This document shows positions 37,801-43,082 of a stretch of DNA of 64,000 nucleotides, in pieces. Origin of the DNA: an uncultured Myxococcales bacterium (lineage in GTDB: Bacteria; Myxococcota_A; UBA9042); the NCBI GenBank assembly GCA_903850505.1, contig CAINLT010000094.1, forward strand, positions 2,016 through 66,015, given 5' to 3'. Position 1 is the stretch's first letter, and each line of letters begins with the position of its first letter. The notes beneath the pieces were generated by a model. It worked only from the letters and a program-made list of their open reading frames with translations. It was not told the DNA's origin and searched no databases. The translations under genes were made by a program, and so were the position numbers.

Positions 37801-39007
37801 TTTCTGCGCCAGCGGCTTCTGCGCGGTGGACGGCAAGGACTGCGAGGAAGGCTACGCGGTCTATGAGGAAACCCACGGCGGTCAGCGCAACGACGGCAAG
37901 TCCGGCGGCGGCGGCAATGATCTCGGCCAGATCGCGCTCGTGCAGGACAACGGCTCGACGTTCCGCTTCGACAAGGTCGACGAAACGACCGTCACGCTGG
38001 AGTCGGGCACGACCGACCACCGGCACATTTACCTGGAAGGCCACAGCAAGAACAGCGTCAACATCTTTGGCTGGGTGGCGGACGTGCTGGACCTGCAAGT
38101 GTCGGCGATTGAAGTGCCGGGCGCGGCGGACGACGGCGACAAGGCCCAGGTGGCGCAGGAATTCCTGATTTGCGGCGTGCAGCCCCCGAGCCTGCCCGCG
38201 CTGCCCAAGTCTTCGTGCGGCGCGGCGCAGTTCGAGAACGGCGAGTACAAGGCGCCGACGTGCCACATGACCAAGGAGCCAATTGGCGTGTCGGTTTCGC
38301 ACACGGCCAAGAAGCACAAGAACGGCACGACGAAGGAGTCCGAGTCGGGCATCGAAGTCACCGGCGGCGACCTGGTGCCGACGATCACTTTCCACGTGCC
38401 GCTGCCGCTGCAGGAATGTCCGGAGGAGGAAGGCTTCCACGCCGTGTTCGGCCGCGTGTGCTTCTCCAAGCAGACGACGGTCGGGCCGGTGCCGTTCAAG
38501 GTGGAGGCGGAAATCAAGCCGGAGGCCACGGTCGAGCTGGGCGTAGAGCTGGATTCGGAGACGTTCGAGCCGGCCGCGAAGATCAAGCCCGCGGTCGCCC
38601 TGACGCTGGAAGTCAAAGGCGGCGTCGGCGGTGAAATCGGGCCGGTGGAGATCTTCGCGGGCTTGAAGGGCGTCATCACCATCATCGAAGCCGCGCTGCC
38701 GGTGACGTTCGGTTTTGAATTTGAGCAGGTGACCGATGCAAGCAACAATGAAATCACGGATCTGTGGATCGTCTCCAAGGTCGTCAAGGTCAACTTCGAG
38801 CTGACATTCCTCAAGCTGGCGCTCAGCGTGTTCTTCGAAGTCGGCGTCGGGCCGTTCAAGGTGGAGCTGGAATACAGCTTCTTCGAGTTCGAGGGTATCG
38901 AGCTGTCGTGGGACCTCGGCGACCTGGCGGCGGAGCAGTACAAAGTGGACTTCCAGTGGGATCCCTATTCGACGTCGACCACCTCGGGTCACGGAGGTAC
39001 GCCATGA
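28853..39007 (+). CDS. Giant (3384 aa) secreted Cys-rich mosaic protein. Modules: RCC1-like propeller, CTxDxC repeat array, CGxDGCGGxCGxC modules, somatomedin-B-like module, SUEL-lectin-like module, LamG-like regions, Cys-free C-terminal domain.
   Basis: I place the start at GTG 28853, with GGGAG 5 nt upstream, giving a signal peptide (M)KQNSLWGALPSWGAAAVITLVACLPRPAAAA. Propeller blades read GKLAYWGSDY, GTLVAWNGAYG, GSIVLWGADLAG, GTVVTWGSQAVG, GTLRVWGSYY. The remaining modules are detailed under findings. It is a single uninterrupted frame of 10155 nt. Confidence 0.9.
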   Translation: MKQNSLWGALPSWGAAAVITLVACLPRPAAAACDASHPAEGCCAGEKIRGCDIYNNNIDDDCDIYAGYRCGHDITTSNTVTCSSPSIVNYTPRQNGDNIWCPGFCQYGCSGNSCPGTCTSDQTCNNGTCVARACGHPGYLLAYWNDGTSYNPSPGPADTVGLVSLASTTNQRYGYAVRDNGKLAYWGSDYDTPGIFGDAHNTSITNAVQVAPAALHVTVLLADGTLVAWNGAYGYAPPGYQVQPPSNLTTAGANVVAIAAAGDATGALRSDGSIVLWGADLAGKFAALNGKTGFKGIAAGGDQNFIGIKTDGTIVQAAADGTQGNNTFLPAPAGLSGVVQAAISTSRAIALKQDGTVVTWGSQAVGPPGDLKPCRAVAVGEFAYADAFLCLQVDGTLRVWGSYYNVNTGNWTGGFSAGTMAGINSFKGVNFLDPHGVAVISCTGSCGAIPPDGCCDGDKVHTCSPLGVDQVSTCAAGTCGWQTSATDYECSTAGTPAPGLTPLQSCICVPSCKNTDGSVKQCGSDGCGGSCDKGSCDDGDPCTISDKCSGEVCLGGGAYNCSDGDLCTDDACSNQSGAAKCSHTPNTAPCDDSNACTSNDVCSSGSCVGGLAIDCNDGNVCSDDACDPAQGCVHLANSATCSDGSVCTIGDVCSGLACQAGGAALDCADGNACTVDSCDATAGCRHVDADPSTVCDDNSNCTASDHCSGGKCAGTSNVNCDDNNPCTSDNCLDPNTCAPHADINESGACSDGNACHVGGKCMAGACSGLTAQNCDDGNPCTDDGCDPKSGCTHGNNAAACSDNDTCTAGDVCAGGSCMSGAVVNCDDKNPCTDDSCDKALGCQHVANSQPCDDKSVCTQTDTCAAGLCVGGNLKSCDDGQLCTNDTCNALLGCQHASNTAPCDDGNACTKGDKCWQGACVGGATPSCNDGNSCTDDSCDAQNGCAYKANAVVCSDGNPCTLGDSCSLGSCKPGATGLNCDDGNPCTTDACIAGKGCTNTNNSLACDDGQLCTVSDTCAGGKCVGAAKPCSDGNKCTDDLCDNAKGCWFPNNTAPCDDGNVCTSGDTCAGGKCQTGAPNTAACDDGNLCTLSDTCSGGTCIGGATKPCDDGNPCTADYCSPTGAGPSGCYHGSWEKTGASCDDNNACTVNDGCKGGACAGVSACLSGNCQLVGGAPTCPCPAGYKSIPYDNSAVNYCCHPDCSNKSCGPDGCGGVCPNTCTDQENCSFDTDYHCMPKTACYGKAPVGAGCCVGDTLSRCFAPKALYSWDCAAQGKHCGWNSGDYQYECTTEGATDPSGAHPFLCPGATCTPNCSGKNCGPDGCGGTCGTCQSEWVCDYSAGKCTHPCDGVVPLQGCVAGQLNGADVVESCPDMYAKASAVGQSVCDPQFPAAWDPKSKHILCSAGYPIPAGVTKACPVQACSCGIGVFHHNCGDNGCGGSCGTCSGADVCHDGNCCTPNCTGKVCGDDGCGGSCGSCPTGKQCMASGNCAVPECADMYAPTGQCYGTPANTAFKNSVSYCTQNAKVSTVCPAGSSMCLNGSLSTCMFSESSFKWLNGGLSWTSFASNSCAARISEFQCAKTATGSVCECDPGCVQEGNCCPDYAAVCGAKHNPQQCGDGTCASDRGETCETCKADCGACTATTKPEGPWAMPYPAYIESQGNPDARAVRAIRPLDDVRPQVPPLPLEGLVAYVPGLDAAQTAPGAQVKVQAAKAGGAATALKTGGVQGDAISFSNAADQSNGGVVSMIPDVLLPHAASYATHQPGGVTIAGWVRTATGSQAHPNVLGAARYPGTTGATKCTWSRPQEAAAPISCGSGKIVAIQAYYGEVSKSRFPPYTNGDQSLSSASCDLLPQLEPTHKCEDAAVQALAEKACLGKASCWVDPWPEALDPCSSAPHKPMKSTLLLRAVCDAATPNAGATLAVEAASDGGRLRFDAPGLPALVSQGEFPQHAWTHVALVFSPHKGSQDGTVTLFVNGSPQAQLEGYGFPRFYQWDWGVGHVAGAEAGWDGFLDPGVSTQTPNLTGHFDLDNAVLYDRPLQTAQLVSLVSQPNVGTVRVWPALDAPRVAKLGLWANGGTPATTAVKLDQLVDPTTGAGLAADFQALTVPGGQFQAPAEGSDLTGLQNFAVGSWIRASSLSAGSTLWQFTQGSTTRLKLSVDTTCSGSGIKAETASGTVTSTTCAHALQANAWAFVAYVQSGSTGSVFIDGAKLGSATVGAPLFDSSGTGARKFSTGAGVDLGWSALYSRALTADELTAQASQGPAVWLDGSYFQPTGAATAKLRDFALFRNVGTSAVTGVARAYANGSQVTGSSQLSAATVIVPRTGRFHAGVVNGTVSSGTTSYTWVGTVSVDPKIDKTYPLFRRGDGTYTDDRVTLVCTKLTLQDGTGVGCHVDGAIQFTYSGTALHTHVSSETFSLVSGVPQPVRLAVALTGDTFAAALSVAPSSNAAAFQLGLGTDTLTDHASHLLHMTNLGPQTEAMAPLLLTTPWDGILLDGATSDAWLDMRLYARALGDAELREVAAVGCAADACDDRLRTCTLAGLGAGVSFMAPAGLATCTGCQSTAFEVNATCLPKGGFREACSYADDCVSGLCVHGHCRSTSADADCAAGCLKLGHACQAMTSGGYECGPACLTDFTAGVYAADPISGEQVLACAWHPAKDTLDRCSAHEDCGSGVCSDQTSAAYNVTNTDTKLTAPVYSNSGGYGVSTGTTGPLETCTSADQCAKVSHTSITEKVCAAETNAACAAQLMQSRVVHTTSWDGTSKDGYVCEGCLSDTYQGDAGDPNNGKPLYVQGWSLLAPDACRKVYENYFALLNNGVVTVGSSSYHSNSDGWEDSTRLANMGDILAHPPELSRLRKLVLNDGNPTSAVTPAILSQLEQAGVGRLLLDPNLKPWAYDYGFYPTAFNGYLETSLRPAQNRLGDCARKSYDFTNYEGWPGGHVTKTPYYDRDVNRPVCLENKFPNGATCPPASTVKTYTRANSGLFCASGFCAVDGKDCEEGYAVYEETHGGQRNDGKSGGGGNDLGQIALVQDNGSTFRFDKVDETTVTLESGTTDHRHIYLEGHSKNSVNIFGWVADVLDLQVSAIEVPGAADDGDKAQVAQEFLICGVQPPSLPALPKSSCGAAQFENGEYKAPTCHMTKEPIGVSVSHTAKKHKNGTTKESESGIEVTGGDLVPTITFHVPLPLQECPEEEGFHAVFGRVCFSKQTTVGPVPFKVEAEIKPEATVELGVELDSETFEPAAKIKPAVALTLEVKGGVGGEIGPVEIFAGLKGVITIIEAALPVTFGFEFEQVTDASNNEITDLWIVSKVVKVNFELTFLKLALSVFFEVGVGPFKVELEYSFFEFEGIELSWDLGDLAAEQYKVDFQWDPYSTSTTSGHGGTP
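30458..32340 (+). repeat. Array of about 16 double Cys-repeat units (about 38-39 aa, 115 nt period) inside the giant gene
   Basis: Two half-units alternate. One is C.DGN.CT.D.C....GC.H, for example CDDGNPCTDDGCDPKSGCTH. The other is C.D...CT.GD.C..G.C.GG, for example CSDNDTCTAGDVCAGGSCMSG. They repeat from CDDGDPCTISDKC to CDDNNACTVNDGCKGGAC. Confidence 0.85.
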
Positions 39008-40935
39008 AGCGGTGGCAAATAGCGACGGCGGCGCTCGTTGTAACCGGCGTCCTGGGTGCGGTGTGGTACTGGCAGAACGCCGCCGCGCGCACGGAAGTGA
39101 CGGTCGACGCCGCGGCGAAAGTGCCCCACCCAGCGGCGGCGACGGCTGCGGGCAAGGCTCAGCCTGACGCTCAGGGCACGGGCGGTGATGCGTACGCCCT
39201 CGACTACAGCTTTGAGATGACGGCGCCGTTTGCCAACGCTGCGGATCAGACGCTGCACCTGCACGTGACGGGCACGCTGGAGCTGGGCGCCGCGCAGCCC
39301 GACGCGGACGGGGCGTGGCAGCCGGCGCGTCTGGTGGCCGGGCATGTCGAACAGGACGCCGTGGCCGCACGCGTGCTGGACTGGTCGCTGCCGGGCGTGG
39401 AGGCGGAGCTGGCGCGGCCGTTTGCGTTCCACCTGCAAAAAGACGGCCGGGTCGATGCGGTGCGCTGCGATCCGACTCTGGCTTTTGCCACCCGCTCGAC
39501 ACTGGCGGGCGCCGCTTGGGCCATCCAACACGTGCATCCAGCCACCGCGGCGGCGACGTGGCAGCTGGAGGAGCGCGACGCCAATGGCACCTATCAGGCG
39601 AAGTACCGTCAGGCGGCGGCGGGCGTGGTCGAAAAAACCTGGCAAATTGGCCAGAACGGCGACGATCCGGCGCGGCTGGCGCAGGTCTCGAACGGCAGCG
39701 CGCGGTATGCCGTGAACGCGCATGGCCTGGAAACCATGACGTGGGCGCTCTCGGGCACGGCCGCGACCGGTTCGCTGGATCCGGCCAAGTACAAGCCGTT
39801 TGCCCTCAAGATTGGCCTCACGCGCACGGGCGCGGTGGACGCAGCGTGGGCCGCGACGATCCGCCCGGAGGCGCTGCAGCCGTTCACGTCCGCGAGCGCG
39901 AAAGTCCGGCAGCGTCTGGAAGCGCCGACGCGGCCGCTGGATACGGTCCTGGCCGACGTGGCGCAGAAGGCCGAGCACCTGGATCCGTCCGGTCACGTGA
40001 CGCTGCGGGACGAATTGACGCGCGCGGTGCGCCAGGATGCGGATGGTCCGGCGAAGTTGGCGGCGCAGTTGCGGCAGGATGCTGCACCGGGCGAGGCGCG
40101 CAGGCTCGCGGTCGAGGCGCTGATTGGCGCGCGGACGGAACCGGCGCAGGAGATGGCGGCGCAGCTGATGGCGGACGAGACGCTCGCGCAGCCCGTGCGG
40201 CAGGAACTGCTGGCGGCGGCGGCGTTCATGTCGAGCCCGACGGTCGCGTTTGTCACGTCGCTGGAGAAGCTCGCGTACAACCCGCGCGCGTCGACGGTCA
40301 GCGCGGATGCGGCCACGACGCTGGGGGCTGCCGTCGCCTTTCTGGCCGAAAAGAACCCGCAGGCGGCCCGACCGGTCCTGGAGCGCCTGATCGCCAACGC
40401 TGGACCGGTGCTCGGGCGTCCGACCGCCAAACACGCGCAGCCCTTGGCCGTGCGCATGGCCTGGCTGGCAGGCCTCGGCAATACCGGCGACGCGGCGACG
40501 CTGTCGCTGATTCTGCAGGCGCTGGGCGACAAGGACGAGTTCGTGCGCGGCGCGGCGGCGCTGGCTTTGCGGCGACAGGACCCCGCAGCGGTGGCGACGC
40601 CGCTCATCGATCGAATGGCGATTGAAACGTCGGCCCACACGCGGGCGCGGCTGGTCGACGCGGCGCGCTTCCTGGGCCCGGACAAGCTGGGCGAGCTGGT
40701 GGAAAAGGCGCTGCGCTACGACCGCAGCGAGCACGTGCGGCTGGCGGCGGCCTACGCGATGACAGTGTGGTCGACTGCGGCGCCGGGGCTGCGCAAGACG
40801 TTGGTGGACGCGCTCAAGCACGAGAAGTCGCCCAAGGTCGCGGCGGCGCTGCAGCATGACATCAACCAGGGCCAGGTCGATCCGGGGGTCGCGGTCAAAT
40901 CCGTGCACATGGGCGGAGCGGGGGCGACACCATGA
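39004..40935 (+). CDS. N-terminally membrane-anchored protein with C-terminal HEAT-like repeats
   Basis: ATG 39004 overlaps the stop of the giant gene (ATGA). The TM anchor is MKRWQIATAALVVTGVLGAVWYW. HEAT-like repeats read LGNTGDAATLSLILQALGDKDEFVRGAAALALRR and ALRYDRSEHVRLAAAYAM. The part of track ORF 38764 upstream of 39004 lies out of frame inside the giant gene. Confidence 0.8.
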   Translation: MKRWQIATAALVVTGVLGAVWYWQNAAARTEVTVDAAAKVPHPAAATAAGKAQPDAQGTGGDAYALDYSFEMTAPFANAADQTLHLHVTGTLELGAAQPDADGAWQPARLVAGHVEQDAVAARVLDWSLPGVEAELARPFAFHLQKDGRVDAVRCDPTLAFATRSTLAGAAWAIQHVHPATAAATWQLEERDANGTYQAKYRQAAAGVVEKTWQIGQNGDDPARLAQVSNGSARYAVNAHGLETMTWALSGTAATGSLDPAKYKPFALKIGLTRTGAVDAAWAATIRPEALQPFTSASAKVRQRLEAPTRPLDTVLADVAQKAEHLDPSGHVTLRDELTRAVRQDADGPAKLAAQLRQDAAPGEARRLAVEALIGARTEPAQEMAAQLMADETLAQPVRQELLAAAAFMSSPTVAFVTSLEKLAYNPRASTVSADAATTLGAAVAFLAEKNPQAARPVLERLIANAGPVLGRPTAKHAQPLAVRMAWLAGLGNTGDAATLSLILQALGDKDEFVRGAAALALRRQDPAAVATPLIDRMAIETSAHTRARLVDAARFLGPDKLGELVEKALRYDRSEHVRLAAAYAMTVWSTAAPGLRKTLVDALKHEKSPKVAAALQHDINQGQVDPGVAVKSVHMGGAGATP

Positions 40936-43082
40936 TGCGCTTTGTATGGGCGTTGGCGATTCTGTGCGCGGCATGCGGCCACACGGCGAGCACTTCGTGC
41001 GGCGCGGGCGCCATCGAGGTGGACGGCCAGTGCGTGCCCGACCCGAACGCGCTGGCGTGTGGCGCGGGCACGGTCGCGGATGGCGGCGTGTGCTATCCGG
41101 CAAACGGCGGTCCAGACGCAACTGCGGACGAAGTGGGCGGGCTCGACGCGTCGGACTCCGGTGAAGTGGCAGACGCCTTGGTGGGCGACATTCCGTGCCA
41201 GCCCAACTGCGCCGGAAAGCAATGCGGCGACGACGGCTGTGGCGGGACTTGCGGGGCATGCGCATCGGCCGCGGCACCCATCTGCAACTCGATCGGCGTG
41301 TGCGTCGCTTCCTGCACTGCGGAATGCACCGGCAAGACCTGCGGCGACGACGGCTGCGGCGGCGTGTGCGGCATGTGCGGCACGGACAGCGGCTGCAGCA
41401 GCATTGGCCAGTGCGTACCTAAAGCCTGGACCTGCAACGCGCTCTATTTTGGCGCCGGCGACGCGTGCGACTGTGCGTGCGGCGGCTATGACCCCGACTG
41501 CAAGGACCCCGAGGCGCCGCTGGCCGGCTGCGGCTCGCTGCAAAAATGCGACGCGGCAGGCAAATGCGTCGACAAGAACCCGGCCGGCTGGACCTGCGCG
41601 CCCACGAGCTACGACGCGCTGGACGGCTGCGACTGCGGCTGCGGCGTGCCCGATCCGGACTGCGCGGTGGCAACTTTGCCCGTCATTGGCTGCAAGACCG
41701 GCGAAGCCTGCAGCACCGCAGGCGCATGCGTGGCGTGCGTTCCCGCGTGCAATGGCAAGAATTGTGGCCCCGACGGCTGCGGCGGCTCGTGCGGTTCCTG
41801 CGGCGAGGGCGCCGTCTGCGACGCGGGCACGTGCGCCGACCCCTGCAAGCCCACGCCCATCGCCTGCAAATACGCGACCTGCGGCGACGACGGCTGCGGC
41901 GGATCCTGTGGCACATGCGCGGCCGGCAAGACGTGCGACGGCGGCACGTGTGTTGTCGTCGGCCTGCCGGAAGCGCCGACCTCGTGCGTGGGCCACTGCG
42001 GCAGCACCGCGCTTTCCGGCTGCTCCTGCGCGCCAAAATGCGTCGCCAACGGCACCTGCTGCGACGACTACAGCGCTGTGTGCACCTGCAAGCCGGACTG
42101 CACCGGCAAGGCGTGCGGCCCCAACGGCTGCGGCGGCACGTGCGGCACCTGCGGCGGCAACGCGCCTTGGTGCGACGCGACCGGCCAGTGCAGCGCGACG
42201 TGCACCAAACAGTGCACCGGCAAAGCGTGTGGCGACGACGGCTGCGGCGGCACGTGCGGCCAGTGCGGCGCGGACAGCGTGTGCTCGACCTACAGCCAAT
42301 GCGTGCCCACCGCGTGGCAATGCCCCATCCCGTACTTCGCCGACGGCATCGCGTGCGACTGCGGCTGCGGCGCGCCCGATCCCGACTGCGCCATTGCCAA
42401 GGTCCTGACGTTTGGCTGCCCCACCTCGACCACCGCATGCGATGCCACGACCGGCTTGTGCAAATCCACGTTCTGTAAGTCCGACACGACGTGCGGCAGT
42501 CAAGCGTGCGTGGGCCTGTATGCCACCGGCGGCGGCGGGTACGGCGGAGTCTGTGGCGCGCAAACCAGCGGCGGCAAGAACATGGGCCAACTCTGCGCCT
42601 CCGCGGGCGAATGCAAAAGCAGCGTGTGCTTGGGCGGCCTGTGCCGGCAATTCTGCCAGACCGACGGCGAGTGCCCCGGCCAGTTGAAGTGCCTCGCGCT
42701 GCCCGTCACCGGCCCGGCGAACGCGGTCGTGGGCTTGACCGGAGTGTGCGAGGCTGTGAATGGCTCCGGCGGCGCGTGCACCAAGCAGGCGGACTGCACC
42801 GCGTTTGGCGAATCGTGCCAAGCCTTCGCCGACGCCAAGACCTTCCAGCCGCGCTACCTGTGTGCCATCGGCAGCAAGACGTCCGGGGCCAAGTGCGGCC
42901 TGCAAGCGTGCGGCGCGGGCCAGTTCTGCGTCGCGGATAGCGCGGGCAAGCACTGCGGCGCCGCGTGTCCAGGCGGGAGCAGCGACTGCACGAGCGGAAC
43001 CTGCGGCACGACGACGTTCAACAACGCCGGGACGAACGCGCCCGCCGACGATCCGAAGGTGCCTGTATGCGTGCAGCCGTGA
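40932..43082 (+). CDS. Cys-rich secreted lipoprotein with CGxDGCGGxCGxC, W.C...DxCDCGCG..DPDC and somatomedin-B-like modules
   Basis: ATG 40932 overlaps the preceding stop (ATGA). The lipobox is MMRFVWALAILCAACGH. There are six CxGKxCG(D/P)(D/N)GCGGxCGxC modules and three DxCDC(G/A)CG..DPDC modules. One 8-Cys module reads SCVGHCGSTALSGCSCAPKCVANGTCCDDYSAVC. Confidence 0.85.
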   Translation: MMRFVWALAILCAACGHTASTSCGAGAIEVDGQCVPDPNALACGAGTVADGGVCYPANGGPDATADEVGGLDASDSGEVADALVGDIPCQPNCAGKQCGDDGCGGTCGACASAAAPICNSIGVCVASCTAECTGKTCGDDGCGGVCGMCGTDSGCSSIGQCVPKAWTCNALYFGAGDACDCACGGYDPDCKDPEAPLAGCGSLQKCDAAGKCVDKNPAGWTCAPTSYDALDGCDCGCGVPDPDCAVATLPVIGCKTGEACSTAGACVACVPACNGKNCGPDGCGGSCGSCGEGAVCDAGTCADPCKPTPIACKYATCGDDGCGGSCGTCAAGKTCDGGTCVVVGLPEAPTSCVGHCGSTALSGCSCAPKCVANGTCCDDYSAVCTCKPDCTGKACGPNGCGGTCGTCGGNAPWCDATGQCSATCTKQCTGKACGDDGCGGTCGQCGADSVCSTYSQCVPTAWQCPIPYFADGIACDCGCGAPDPDCAIAKVLTFGCPTSTTACDATTGLCKSTFCKSDTTCGSQACVGLYATGGGGYGGVCGAQTSGGKNMGQLCASAGECKSSVCLGGLCRQFCQTDGECPGQLKCLALPVTGPANAVVGLTGVCEAVNGSGGACTKQADCTAFGESCQAFADAKTFQPRYLCAIGSKTSGAKCGLQACGAGQFCVADSAGKHCGAACPGGSSDCTSGTCGTTTFNNAGTNAPADDPKVPVCVQP

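Noticed and set aside
38764-39003. Upstream extension of the HEAT-protein ORF (track start 38764)
   Set aside because: It lies out of frame inside the giant gene. ATG 39004 gives a proper TM anchor and the typical ATGA coupling.
28610-39502. Numerous long minus-strand and out-of-frame ORFs inside the giant gene, for example 28610..29941, 30098..31675, 30526..32193, 31742..34195, 34382..36121 and 36188..39502
   Set aside because: The + frame from 28853 is one uninterrupted, module-rich protein. The others are Ala/Arg/Val/His-rich mirror frames produced by the GC bias and the repeats.
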